IMG/VR virus record: IMGVR_UViG_3300038805_000284
Length of the DNA: 64,000 nucleotides
From: an uncultured virus (IMG/VR IMGVR_UViG_3300038805_000284)
Taxonomy: Duplodnaviria > Heunggongvirae > Uroviricota > Caudoviricetes
Reading direction: 5' to 3' (one strand)
Shown here: piece by piece, positions 46,800 through 56,953 of the stretch
Numbering within the stretch: the first letter of the stretch is position 1
How the letters are laid out: each line of letters begins with the position of its first letter
Made by a program: the position numbers and the translations under genes
The notes under the pieces: model-generated
Database searches by the model: none
The model's input: only the letters and a program-made list of their open reading frames with translations
What the model was told of the DNA's origin: nothing

Positions 46800-46828
46800 A
46801 TTTTACAGGAAATGAACGGGTATGTCAA
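46800..46828 (-). promoter_or_regulatory. sigma70-type promoter at the head of the DNA-metabolism module
   Basis: Minus strand TTGACA-17 bp-TAAAAT. Confidence 0.8.
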
Positions 46829-46836
46829 CAGGGATT

Positions 46837-49800
46837 TTAGAAAAAACCCTTACCGACATCATAATTGGATGTATTGCTTACTGTAGTTGTTGATACAAGA
46901 ATTGAAGGTTCTTGATCACCACCCGGGGATGTTGCCGACGAGAACATATTGTTCGACATAACAACCTTCTCATTGGTCTCCACGTCCGCATCTAAACCGT
47001 CACCACAAATAATAAGGGCAACAGGCATATAATCTGAAATAGGCACACCAGAAGAAGCTACGGGAGGGGTTCCTCCGACCCAATTAACTCTCTTGAATCC
47101 TACAAAGGAATTCCCATCAATAAGGACAATACCACGTTTCTTCCCATTATCTGCATATTTTCTACTTGAAACAATCAAACCAGAAAGAGTATACGAAGGT
47201 TGTGGAGGGTTCACGTCATGTTCGATCACTTTTTGAGACAATCCGTCAAGAGTATTTCCTGAAATCTCCACATAATGGTGATGATTTGCTTGAGAAATGC
47301 TCCTCAAGTTCATGCTCAAAACTTTCACAAAAATGTGAAAAACTTGAGCACCTGTGTCGAAAGAAGTGCCTCCATTAATGCTAGTTACTGGATAAAGAGT
47401 TCCTGTAGTATTACCTTTAATTTTTAAAATATGAGAAGATACGTACATACAACTATTATATGAGCCGAATAAATTTTCAGAATACAAATCACCACCTCTA
47501 GGCAGAAGTTTCAAACTATTATCTGAGATATTCGACTTGAAATTCCTCTCAACTTCCACACACCTTAAATACGACGTTACGTTGTTTCCCGTTAATGTTA
47601 AGGATTCCCCCTGATTAACAAATTTATTACCCACAGTTCCGCCATCCTGCATTGAATGATTATCCCCGTTATAATAAATCCCAGAATAATACGAATACAC
47701 CTTATTGTTCGAAATAATGGTCGAGAGTATTTTACTAGAAAAGTTACCTGACCCTAACAAATAATCTCCTGTAAAATCAACATAAATACCATAAGTATTT
47801 TTATAATCAGAACTGGATGATGTAGGCCCTTTACTTAACGTTAATGCGTTATTACTTATATTGAGATTGGATAGAGGACCGTCAATATATATGACAGACA
47901 TCCTAGATGTCCATACCCCTACCTTATCTAAAAAATCCCGAGAAACATCTAAAAAATTGTCACACACAGTAACTGTAGATGCTACTGTGACTTTACTGGA
48001 CTTAACAGATACGGCAGATACATTGGTAGGGTCCCCTGCAAACGGGAAAAGACTGCCCTTAAAACCGGATAGCTTATTACCTTGAACCAATATGTTACTG
48101 TGATGATCGACCACAATTCTGATAAAATAATTAGAAGACTCTATCCCTTCATAATTTACAGAAACTGCTTCATTGTCGCAAATTTTGGCATAAACACCGC
48201 TACCAGATACCGAACAAGAAATAACGGAAGCCTCCCCACCTAAAGAAGATGTATGCGTTATATTACTAAATTTATTCCCGTTTATCTCCCCATTACTTCC
48301 AGTAGCTTTTATTAATTTTACTCGTATGCAGTTAAAAGGATCATCCCCTTCAATTGTATTAACGTCCTTGAAAATGTTATTAGAGATCTTAAAATTATTC
48401 ACAGAACCTTGAGAACCTACCGTATGATCTGCAAACACGTATATCCCATAATTACCGTCATTTCCGGAAGTATTTCCGACATAGTAATCAGAAACAAGAG
48501 TGCTTAAGGAATTTATCTCATTATCCGAAATACTTAGATTTTCTATAGTAACAGGATAACGACGAGAGTAACGGGATACTATGAAAACCGCACCCCTAAC
48601 CACACCTAAAAAGGTATTGTAGTCAATGACAGCACCTTTTATACTTGCATCCTTATCAGAAGAAATAACGACACCATACAGAACATCTTTAAAAGTGTTG
48701 TTAATCACTTTTAGGTTTTGTACCGAACACCCTTCTACAATAATGGCCTGGTAGTCTAGCCTTGAACTGTCACTCTTCCTAAACGTATTATTGGAAAAAG
48801 TAACATCCCCGAAATAGTTTACGTCTTTAAAGTTCAGAAGTTTAAGAATTTTCCCATCATTATTGGAAGTTGTGTAGATCACATCTACCGTATTTCTTGA
48901 AAAATTAAACCCACTAACATAAAAAGACGATCCAGACACCTCTATAAGTTTTAAGTATTGACTGTAACCATTTATGAAAAACCTATTACCAACAATACTA
49001 GACTCATTAAGGCTGCACCTAGACATAACGCTTTCCTTAATGTCGAAAAACGTACAATCCGATATATTAAAATTATTCACAATACAATCAGGGCCGCCCC
49101 CCACTAAAGAAGTGGCAGAGAACGTACATTTTTCAATATAAACATCATTAATGGTATTGTACTTTGCTGGATTGAATAGTTTAATGTAATTAAGATCAAA
49201 ACTGCAATCCCTTAAAACAAGCCCTCCCATGTGATAACTGAACATTTGATAATCAGTAGGAGGGGTAGATCCTCCTACCCATTTGAAATTCACCCCTACA
49301 ATACTAAACGTAAAACCTAAAGAGGAGCTGAAATGCCAATTCCTATCAGCATTATGTCTTACCAGTACTTCATTACCTAGCAAACCTCTAACTGAAACCT
49401 TACCAGGCTGAACAACCGTCTCTTTAAGGTTTACGGTACCCGTTACCAAAACCTCCACAGATGAATACTTCGACCAGTGCTTCGCATGAATGAAAGCAGC
49501 CTTAAAATCTTTAAAGGAAGCATTAAAAAGCCCTACACTCCATTCGTGAGTAACGCTATTAACATTCCTCATAATAGATGAGAAATTCATAACAGTATTA
49601 TTGCTATTAGGTTCAAGTAAATATAACGGAACCCCTCGTTCCTGATTCAAAGAGAACCCATAAGTACCTGCCCCAATGCTAGAATCAACTGTCCCGTGAT
49701 AATTGTTGCTGTTAGTGTCCCTATTCACACCTAACCCGACAAGGTAGGAAAATGCGACATCAATATCTAAAAAATTCGTAGTAACATTGAGAAGTTTAAT

Positions 49801-51789
49801 CTTTCCTTCCAGATCAACGTACACAATATATGTGTAATTTTTAGAAAAAACTTCGCCAAATACCCCGTCCACCTTAAGACGCCTGCCACCGCAATAACAA
49901 GTCCCGCCACTAACATCCAGTTTATCTAAGCTGTTGTCTACAAAAATCTTAAAATTCCCAGTATTCGCATCTACAATAGTACCTTCTACGTTTACGTGGT
50001 TATCTTCACTGACAATATCGCTATCCAAAACAACCCCAGAAAAATTAAACTCTTTCCAAGGCTTTGCGATAACGTTTTCAATCAACTCATCCGAAAGATT
50101 ACTTTCGCAGATGTTACCCCATTCCCTGAGATCAACACAATTCCGTTGCATCTCAAACGACGGCCACCCAGCATAACCTCTCATAGCATTGGCATCGTAC
50201 CAATAAGGGTATGAACCTAATAATAAGGCGTTCTCTTTTGGAAGTCCGGAACTCACTTCAATACTGTCCAAATGAGTCCCTTCCATTACGGGGAGCTGAT
50301 TATCGTGAGAACCTTGAACACTTGTCCTGACATAAAGATCAACCCAATCAATACCGTTAACACTGAATAATCTAATAACAGAATCAGGATCTCCTAACTT
50401 CTTGTTAACCTCTTGACCGTTATCCCAACTAAACGTATAGTAATAATCGGGACTCGAATTCTTCACTTTCATTTTAAGATCAAAAGAACCAGACTTAAGG
50501 GATTTACTGCAATCTACAATCCAAGTACCGGTACACCCCCTGGGAAGTGTCGGGTAAGTAGCACGGACATGATTAACAATGTTACCGTTATCGTTCACGT
50601 AAATTTGACACAAATGTGTTTTGGGTTCGATATTGGATAACCCAATGTATTGATTTGTAATTTGATTAAGACGTTTACCGTTTACATAGTAAGTATCGGA
50701 TTGCAACGGTCCCGTAACAAAGATTTGATCATGGGGTGAACCGGATATTACACTGCATTTCAAGAAATCCTTATGAGAACTTCGCCAAATACCGTTACAG
50801 TGCAGTTTATCTTGATGTTCGTCAAGTTGAGAAATGGTTTCCCCGTAAATATCATCGGGCGAAATACCATGAGGGTTTGTAGGCGTAACGATACCTGTAC
50901 CGCGCATTGATCTGTGAAGAACGTCTTCTGCAGTGAATCTGATAACATCTTGTGAGTACAGATCAATAATAGAAACATCCGAAACAAATGGAAAACTGTA
51001 ATCTTTACCCATTTGAGAAATGTTCATACGAACAGTAATCGATTTCCCATCATTATCTGTTACAGTTTTTGTAGCATCCTTGTCCCATACCGTTTGAGGG
51101 CCGAACGAACTACCTGGCGAAGCCCACCTAATCTTAAAATCACCATCGTAATCGTATTCAATAGACCCTTTACCGGTATTCGTACCGTCACCGATATTCA
51201 GAATATCGATGCCGTCCATATTATTGGGAGTTGTTGGGTTTGCATACAGAGATTTTGAAAAGTGCGTTGCTCCTTCAATATCGTCTAAAGTCAAAGCTCC
51301 GCCTGTAGCAGTAACTTTCCCCAAAATCAAACAACGGTCCTTTGCAGGATTTGATATGTTAGTATCTGAGGGTCTGAGAATCATGGGATCGTTAAAATCG
51401 TTTTCAGTATACACAAGTACCTGAAAAGAAGAGTCTATTGCCGTTGCTTTAATATTATTTCCGACATCGGTAGGTAGAAATTTTGTTGGAATCTCCGTAT
51501 AAAGGGCGCAAACGATGTTGACAACGCCTGCATTATTATCCGCTAAAGGAATTGAGGAAACGCCCTTATCAGTACTGATAAATTCCCCATTCGGAACGTA
51601 CCCACTAAAGGCACTGACATTGATCCTGTTATTATTGTCGTGGTTTACAGTAATGTTCCCACCACTAACCAAACCTCTTGACGTTTCATCAACGCGGCTT
51701 TGTTTGATTTGGTTAGCTTTGGTAATTTCAGTTCTCTGTAAGTCTGTTTGAGTAACTAAAACACCATTAGGATAAATGCTTCTTTCCAT
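46837..51789 (-). CDS. tail fibre/tailspike with right-handed beta-helix (pectin lyase-like) C-terminal region
   Basis: 1650 aa; TPTNPHG motif; many I-S-x-N-x-F/I parallel beta-helix repeats in the C-half; follows the baseplate genes. Confidence 0.75.
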   Translation of the reverse strand: MERSIYPNGVLVTQTDLQRTEITKANQIKQSRVDETSRGLVSGGNITVNHDNNNRINVSAFSGYVPNGEFISTDKGVSSIPLADNNAGVVNIVCALYTEIPTKFLPTDVGNNIKATAIDSSFQVLVYTENDFNDPMILRPSDTNISNPAKDRCLILGKVTATGGALTLDDIEGATHFSKSLYANPTTPNNMDGIDILNIGDGTNTGKGSIEYDYDGDFKIRWASPGSSFGPQTVWDKDATKTVTDNDGKSITVRMNISQMGKDYSFPFVSDVSIIDLYSQDVIRFTAEDVLHRSMRGTGIVTPTNPHGISPDDIYGETISQLDEHQDKLHCNGIWRSSHKDFLKCSVISGSPHDQIFVTGPLQSDTYYVNGKRLNQITNQYIGLSNIEPKTHLCQIYVNDNGNIVNHVRATYPTLPRGCTGTWIVDCSKSLKSGSFDLKMKVKNSSPDYYYTFSWDNGQEVNKKLGDPDSVIRLFSVNGIDWVDLYVRTSVQGSHDNQLPVMEGTHLDSIEVSSGLPKENALLLGSYPYWYDANAMRGYAGWPSFEMQRNCVDLREWGNICESNLSDELIENVIAKPWKEFNFSGVVLDSDIVSEDNHVNVEGTIVDANTGNFKIFVDNSLDKLDVSGGTCYCGGRRLKVDGVFGEVFSKNYTYIVYVDLEGKIKLLNVTTNFLDIDVAFSYLVGLGVNRDTNSNNYHGTVDSSIGAGTYGFSLNQERGVPLYLLEPNSNNTVMNFSSIMRNVNSVTHEWSVGLFNASFKDFKAAFIHAKHWSKYSSVEVLVTGTVNLKETVVQPGKVSVRGLLGNEVLVRHNADRNWHFSSSLGFTFSIVGVNFKWVGGSTPPTDYQMFSYHMGGLVLRDCSFDLNYIKLFNPAKYNTINDVYIEKCTFSATSLVGGGPDCIVNNFNISDCTFFDIKESVMSRCSLNESSIVGNRFFINGYSQYLKLIEVSGSSFYVSGFNFSRNTVDVIYTTSNNDGKILKLLNFKDVNYFGDVTFSNNTFRKSDSSRLDYQAIIVEGCSVQNLKVINNTFKDVLYGVVISSDKDASIKGAVIDYNTFLGVVRGAVFIVSRYSRRYPVTIENLSISDNEINSLSTLVSDYYVGNTSGNDGNYGIYVFADHTVGSQGSVNNFKISNNIFKDVNTIEGDDPFNCIRVKLIKATGSNGEINGNKFSNITHTSSLGGEASVISCSVSGSGVYAKICDNEAVSVNYEGIESSNYFIRIVVDHHSNILVQGNKLSGFKGSLFPFAGDPTNVSAVSVKSSKVTVASTVTVCDNFLDVSRDFLDKVGVWTSRMSVIYIDGPLSNLNISNNALTLSKGPTSSSSDYKNTYGIYVDFTGDYLLGSGNFSSKILSTIISNNKVYSYYSGIYYNGDNHSMQDGGTVGNKFVNQGESLTLTGNNVTSYLRCVEVERNFKSNISDNSLKLLPRGGDLYSENLFGSYNSCMYVSSHILKIKGNTTGTLYPVTSINGGTSFDTGAQVFHIFVKVLSMNLRSISQANHHHYVEISGNTLDGLSQKVIEHDVNPPQPSYTLSGLIVSSRKYADNGKKRGIVLIDGNSFVGFKRVNWVGGTPPVASSGVPISDYMPVALIICGDGLDADVETNEKVVMSNNMFSSATSPGGDQEPSILVSTTTVSNTSNYDVGKGFF

Positions 51790-51801
51790 TATAAACTCCT
51801 A

Positions 51802-52278
51802 TTACCAGAAAATCCAGCGTCTGTCCGGTCCACCTGGCCACTGTTCTTTTGAAATGTTGATAACTTGTCCTGCTTTCTTTCTAGCAGAAACCTCAAACCA
51901 GTTGTCATAATAACTGTGCTTATCTTTCTTGAAAAAGTAGATACAAATACTGTTAATAAAATAGCACGGTAAAAATAAAATACCGAAAACATAGTACTGA
52001 TATACGTGTTCAGTCTCGTGAACAATAGTACTAAAAGCAACAAGATCAAAGTTAGGCAAAAAAATAGTATTACCTAAACTAAAACCTACGAAACCTCTTC
52101 TACTGAAAAAATGTTTAAAGAAATAACCGTCCTTATTTATCCGGGCATCAAACACAAAGTACTTATTGCACTTTACGTACACAACCTGGCGAGTAATCGC
52201 CAAAAAGAGTAAAAGCAACCAAGACAATACAGACATAGGAAGTGCCCAAATAAACCCTATAAACGCTAAAATTCTCAT
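51802..52278 (-). CDS. membrane-associated HExxH protein
   Basis: Hydrophobic N-terminus; FSLGNTIF, HETEHVYQ, YYDNWFEVSAR; ATGA overlap start. Confidence 0.6.
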   Translation of the reverse strand: MRILAFIGFIWALPMSVLSWLLLLFLAITRQVVYVKCNKYFVFDARINKDGYFFKHFFSRRGFVGFSLGNTIFLPNFDLVAFSTIVHETEHVYQYYVFGILFLPCYFINSICIYFFKKDKHSYYDNWFEVSARKKAGQVINISKEQWPGGPDRRWIFW

Positions 52279-55200
52279 TGCGGCGTTGCCTTGTCCACGT
52301 CCACCCCCCAACCCAGCCACGTGTTTGTTAACCCTTCTACGGAAGGGTTTTCTGTGTTTAAATTTAACCCCTTAATAGTAAGGGATCTGATTTTTAAATC
52401 TCTAATGTCCCTGGCCCCAGAAACAGACAATCTTAATTGGTGAAATGGGTAATTCGTATTCATTCCAGGGATAACATACTCATCCGAAACATTCACGCCT
52501 TCGTTCTTCTTGATCTGAACCCATTCAGCGGCCTTACAATCGTTTTCGGTTTCTCCACACCGGTGTTCGAAAACCTTATGAAGATAATCCTTAAAATAAG
52601 TTCGGGGTTCATAGTACCTCAAGTAATACAGCCCGTCAACCAAAAACTTAGTATCTATTTGTAAGTTAAAATCGTCTAAAAATCTCCACTTTCTTTTAGA
52701 AACTTCCACAAGACCAGAAGCCTGTTGAACAAAAAGTTTTGAATTCCTGTTGTCTATAGACGAACCGTTCTCAAGAAGTGCAACCCCAGTTGATCTGTCG
52801 AAAAACACCAAAGCATCTCTTAAATAGTCTTTTTGTTCAGATTCGGGCCGTTCATGAATGCAATAATCTGCCATCCATGCGTAACCCCTATACTTACCAT
52901 TAACTGACAGGTCAATGACTGGCGTAGTTACTTGATAAAAAACGTCGTAACTTATTGTAAATGTTGAGGAAGTGGATAATTCAAACGTATCAAAATACGT
53001 CTCAGGTATTTTTAAATTTTTACCGGTAATACTCCACATATCATTCGGGACAGGAATCCCGTTCTCAAGAATCATAAAAGTATCGGTATCCAGTGAAGGT
53101 TCGTACTCTAAGGTGTGAACGTAATCTGTACCTGCCAGGGATAATTCCATAACCTCATTTTCGACCCTAAGAACTTTAGGATACAGGAAAGAATACTTAT
53201 AAGGATCCCTATCTGCAATATCCAGATTCACCAAGTCGCAATAAGTAAAATCACCCTCCGTAATGACTCCGAAAAGATTCATTGGGGAATTTTCATCATC
53301 ATATTCAGTAGCGTCCACTAAATCCAACCTAGAATGTGACGGGATAATTTCCCTGGTATGTCCTGTAATACTTCTTTCATCTGAAATGATTATGGTGGTA
53401 GACTCCGAAGTTTCAGGCAATAGTCCTGTACTTACTTCCACTTCAATGTAAGAACCGTCATACAAATGCAATTGAAAAACGCCATCCGAATCAATCCGAA
53501 CCCAACCCTCAAAAGTACCGTACATCATTTCAGAATGGTTCCACCTGATTTTTCGTACAGTACCTGAATCATTAATCTTGTATTCTAAATAAGCCTCCCC
53601 GTTAGGAACGCTGCTAGACACGTTTACAACCTCAACACCTGCATACGGGTGGTAAGTACTCAACAGTTTGAAAGGAAGCCCTAGATACGTCTTTTCGGCT
53701 AAACTGAGCGGTTCATTTGACCATATGTACCCCAGGTTCCCAAAATGAATAGACGTCCTGTCCCTGGAAACTGTTGCGTTCCCCAGATAAGAAGATGTAA
53801 TGTACTGAATTTCAAGATTCGGCCTGAAAACGTAACAATCCAAATCGTATCCAGGTGAATAATTTACCGTCCCTTGCTTCAATGCTACTCGTACCTTGAT
53901 CAAATCACTTAAAAGTTCACCAGACTCTACACGTTTACGGACACTATTAGGGATCCTTGCCAGTACCTCCACAACTTCAATACCCCCTTGCGATATTGAA
54001 GGCACTCCGTACCCCTCTACCCAAGTATCGCCGCCATCAAAAGAAATATCAGCACTAGCATAACCTACGGCTTGTCCGGAAACACTGACAGAAAACCTCA
54101 TAAAAAAGTTTTCGTAATCGATTGGGGAAACGCTACTATTGTAAGTATCTGTCAATAAGTTGTCATTTAAAATTGACAAATCATTTGAAACATCTCCCAT
54201 GATATAGAACCTTGCATTCGGGTCATTATCTCCATCCCCTGCAGAAAACGCATAACTGTACCCGTCCCCCATAGCCGAGTACGCACTATCATAAAAACGA
54301 TAAGCTGAAGGGTAATAATTTACAGAAAACGCCCCACCTACACTCCACCCGTCTGCAAGTTTGCTGTAAGATAAATCCTCTGCAACCCCAAAATCATCCG
54401 ATAAAGGTATATTGTCGACATCTACGTGAATCTTCAAAAAAGAATAATCAAAAGCATTAAACTTCGCAGAATAGTATATATCTAAATAGTGGTACTCTTC
54501 GATACCGTACTCTAATTCTTCTACCCTGCTTAAGTCTGCTAAGCAACTTAATTGTAACCAATAGCCGTTAAGGTTGTAATGATAAATGTTTTCCCCTTGA
54601 ATAACATTACTATAAGAACCGTAAACACCATCTACGCCGATACTAACGTAAGTATCCGAACCATCGAAATAACGCCTTAACGAAATCTCTCTAGGAAGGG
54701 GATATGCGTTATGTAAAGAAACTGCCCCCATCATAAAACCCACAAAAGGTTCATTATTACTGAAAGTAGGGATTATCTTGTTATTAAAAATAAAAGGTGC
54801 CGCATTATCAGGCCCGTCCAAAAACTCAATATATTCCCCGTCCGCAAAAATGCTTAAAAAACCGCCATCCCCTATAGAACCTACAGATGTTCCGTCATAC
54901 ATAGGGTTATTGGAAAAGTGGTTATTTATTTTAGGGGCGATATAATCAGCGTCAACATAAGTAGGGGAATCAATATCAAGATCAATTTCTGCAACACCTC
55001 TACCACCAACATTCATGTAAAGTTTACTAGATGAAGGTGTTAAGGATACCGTGCCTACAGTGTACTGAAACATAACACTCGGCGTATACTTGTAACTACT
55101 ATAGAGGATCATTTCACCGTCTGAAACAGGAACATTAAACCCGTCGTAACCAAGCCTAATATGAGGGATCCCATTAACGTAAGTTAAGTATATTTCCCTA

Positions 55201-55931
55201 ATGTAAAAAGCAGAATCAGAATCCAACAAGGTTATCCCGGGAATATCCAAATTAGGCAAGTATTGAAGATCGGATTTCTTATTGAATGAAGGGTTCTTTA
55301 ATAAGTTTCTCCCAAGAATCCAATTAGGTCCGCTAAATCTTCTGTTGTATATTAGAGGGTCTACTTGCGTAATCGTAGAAATAGTATCAATCAAACCTTT
55401 GTATGTTGTTCCGTAATTCCTAAAAGAACCCCGTAATGATAATAATTGATCACGGTAAGAATCAGAGGATTGATTAAGGTTTGGATAAAACTTTAAAGAT
55501 TCTCCATGATACTCTAATAACCCTTTTAAATCTGCCTTAAGGATAAACAAATTGTTTTGAAAATTTAAAATAGCAGTATCTATGCCATCTAAGGACTCCG
55601 AATAAGAAGCAATCCATAGCGCCCATTCACGTACAGTAACGTATGTTTTATACTCTTTATCAGAATTGAAATCGATAACAGTAACTGTTACTTCACCCTT
55701 TGGAAGGTTTTTATCAAAAATGGCATTTCCTGCACTATCCGTGTTTATGTAGCCATCCCATTCACCGTTAACGTAAAAACCAAACTCGTAATTCGGCTTT
55801 CCCGTTTCAATCCTAAAAACGGTATTCCCGTCCCTGTTACACGGTATAACTATCCCTTCATTATCGTAAAAGGAGCCGCCAACTACAGCCTTTACTAAAT
55901 CTGCATACCTGTATTCTTTCGGAAAACTCAT
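52275..55931 (-). CDS. large baseplate/tail structural protein
   Basis: 1218 aa, beta-rich; SDSYRDQL...GTT..GL resembles wedge proteins; position in the baseplate module. Confidence 0.6.
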   Translation of the reverse strand: MSFPKEYRYADLVKAVVGGSFYDNEGIVIPCNRDGNTVFRIETGKPNYEFGFYVNGEWDGYINTDSAGNAIFDKNLPKGEVTVTVIDFNSDKEYKTYVTVREWALWIASYSESLDGIDTAILNFQNNLFILKADLKGLLEYHGESLKFYPNLNQSSDSYRDQLLSLRGSFRNYGTTYKGLIDTISTITQVDPLIYNRRFSGPNWILGRNLLKNPSFNKKSDLQYLPNLDIPGITLLDSDSAFYIREIYLTYVNGIPHIRLGYDGFNVPVSDGEMILYSSYKYTPSVMFQYTVGTVSLTPSSSKLYMNVGGRGVAEIDLDIDSPTYVDADYIAPKINNHFSNNPMYDGTSVGSIGDGGFLSIFADGEYIEFLDGPDNAAPFIFNNKIIPTFSNNEPFVGFMMGAVSLHNAYPLPREISLRRYFDGSDTYVSIGVDGVYGSYSNVIQGENIYHYNLNGYWLQLSCLADLSRVEELEYGIEEYHYLDIYYSAKFNAFDYSFLKIHVDVDNIPLSDDFGVAEDLSYSKLADGWSVGGAFSVNYYPSAYRFYDSAYSAMGDGYSYAFSAGDGDNDPNARFYIMGDVSNDLSILNDNLLTDTYNSSVSPIDYENFFMRFSVSVSGQAVGYASADISFDGGDTWVEGYGVPSISQGGIEVVEVLARIPNSVRKRVESGELLSDLIKVRVALKQGTVNYSPGYDLDCYVFRPNLEIQYITSSYLGNATVSRDRTSIHFGNLGYIWSNEPLSLAEKTYLGLPFKLLSTYHPYAGVEVVNVSSSVPNGEAYLEYKINDSGTVRKIRWNHSEMMYGTFEGWVRIDSDGVFQLHLYDGSYIEVEVSTGLLPETSESTTIIISDERSITGHTREIIPSHSRLDLVDATEYDDENSPMNLFGVITEGDFTYCDLVNLDIADRDPYKYSFLYPKVLRVENEVMELSLAGTDYVHTLEYEPSLDTDTFMILENGIPVPNDMWSITGKNLKIPETYFDTFELSTSSTFTISYDVFYQVTTPVIDLSVNGKYRGYAWMADYCIHERPESEQKDYLRDALVFFDRSTGVALLENGSSIDNRNSKLFVQQASGLVEVSKRKWRFLDDFNLQIDTKFLVDGLYYLRYYEPRTYFKDYLHKVFEHRCGETENDCKAAEWVQIKKNEGVNVSDEYVIPGMNTNYPFHQLRLSVSGARDIRDLKIRSLTIKGLNLNTENPSVEGLTNTWLGWGVDVDKATPQ

Positions 55932-56950
55932 CTTCCTTCACCTAACCCTACAGAAAACGGTTCAGGGGTCTTTACTATCGGATCTAGAATTGAAAGTTTT
56001 ACGCCGTCATTACTAGAATAAATCATTAGCTCTTTCTCAAAAAAGTAGTTAAATTCGTTTGTTACGTAAACTGTCTTACCGGAAACAATGGCCACCCTAA
56101 CATCTCCGGAATAATAACCTAACCTACCCTTAAAATCGGAACTTGGAGGGATGAAACCCCGAACACGTTTATCAGATACTACTTTCAAGTTATGCAAAAT
56201 ACTGTCCCCGAACATCATAAAAGGCATATAAGTTATCCTGTCTATACTAATAACGTAAGGGGATGTCCCTGCCTTCTCATCAATAAAAGATAATAACAAC
56301 ACTTGATCTGTTGAAGGTTTCTTTGATGATTTATCAGATAATAGTTTGTTATTTAGAAACAACTGCGTCCTATTATCACAATTCAATACCCTTAACACGT
56401 TCCTTCCAGAAGTAATCCCTTTGACACCGACCCTCATATCAGTCTCATTAACAGTAATTAAGTCATTAGCATCTGAAAATTCAAACGGATGAAGATACCT
56501 AAGTACATATTCACCGTTCCTCTCAAAAACACTTATGACAATCCTGGAATTCAATGATGTATTGGAAAAACCCGTACCTTCATCAAAAGATAACTGTAAA
56601 TAAGCCTCATCTGAAAAATTACCATTCTTAGGTAGAGTGAATTCAATCTCATATTGAAAATTTTTCAAAAACTCATTAGAGTTTAACGTAAAGTATTCAC
56701 CGTTATCATCTACTTGTAAAAGTATACCGTTATCAACATCGTACATCCAATCAGTAACATAGTTGAAAGTATTGTCTTGATCATCTCGAAAAGAAGACGA
56801 TAACTCATTCGGATCAAACCCCTCTCCCGTCAAAACAAACTTACCACCCCCAGAAGATTTACTACTCATTGGCGAAATTGCGTATCCTATCGGCGCAAAA
56901 TCGCCATAAACTGTACCGGAACCGTAAACATTCTCAGAGTAAAGGGTCAT
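55928..56950 (-). CDS. virion structural protein with IPT/TIG-like Ig fold
   Basis: ISPMSSKSSGGGKFVLTGEGF ... VVSDKRV...PP...GDVRV...F.Y. Confidence 0.55.
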   Translation of the reverse strand: MTLYSENVYGSGTVYGDFAPIGYAISPMSSKSSGGGKFVLTGEGFDPNELSSSFRDDQDNTFNYVTDWMYDVDNGILLQVDDNGEYFTLNSNEFLKNFQYEIEFTLPKNGNFSDEAYLQLSFDEGTGFSNTSLNSRIVISVFERNGEYVLRYLHPFEFSDANDLITVNETDMRVGVKGITSGRNVLRVLNCDNRTQLFLNNKLLSDKSSKKPSTDQVLLLSFIDEKAGTSPYVISIDRITYMPFMMFGDSILHNLKVVSDKRVRGFIPPSSDFKGRLGYYSGDVRVAIVSGKTVYVTNEFNYFFEKELMIYSSNDGVKLSILDPIVKTPEPFSVGLGEGR

Positions 56951-56953
56951 AGG

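Noticed and set aside
51789..52049. 86-aa minus-strand ORF overlapping the HExxH gene
   Set aside because: Alternative frame of the better-supported 51802-52278 gene, with no RBS or motif.
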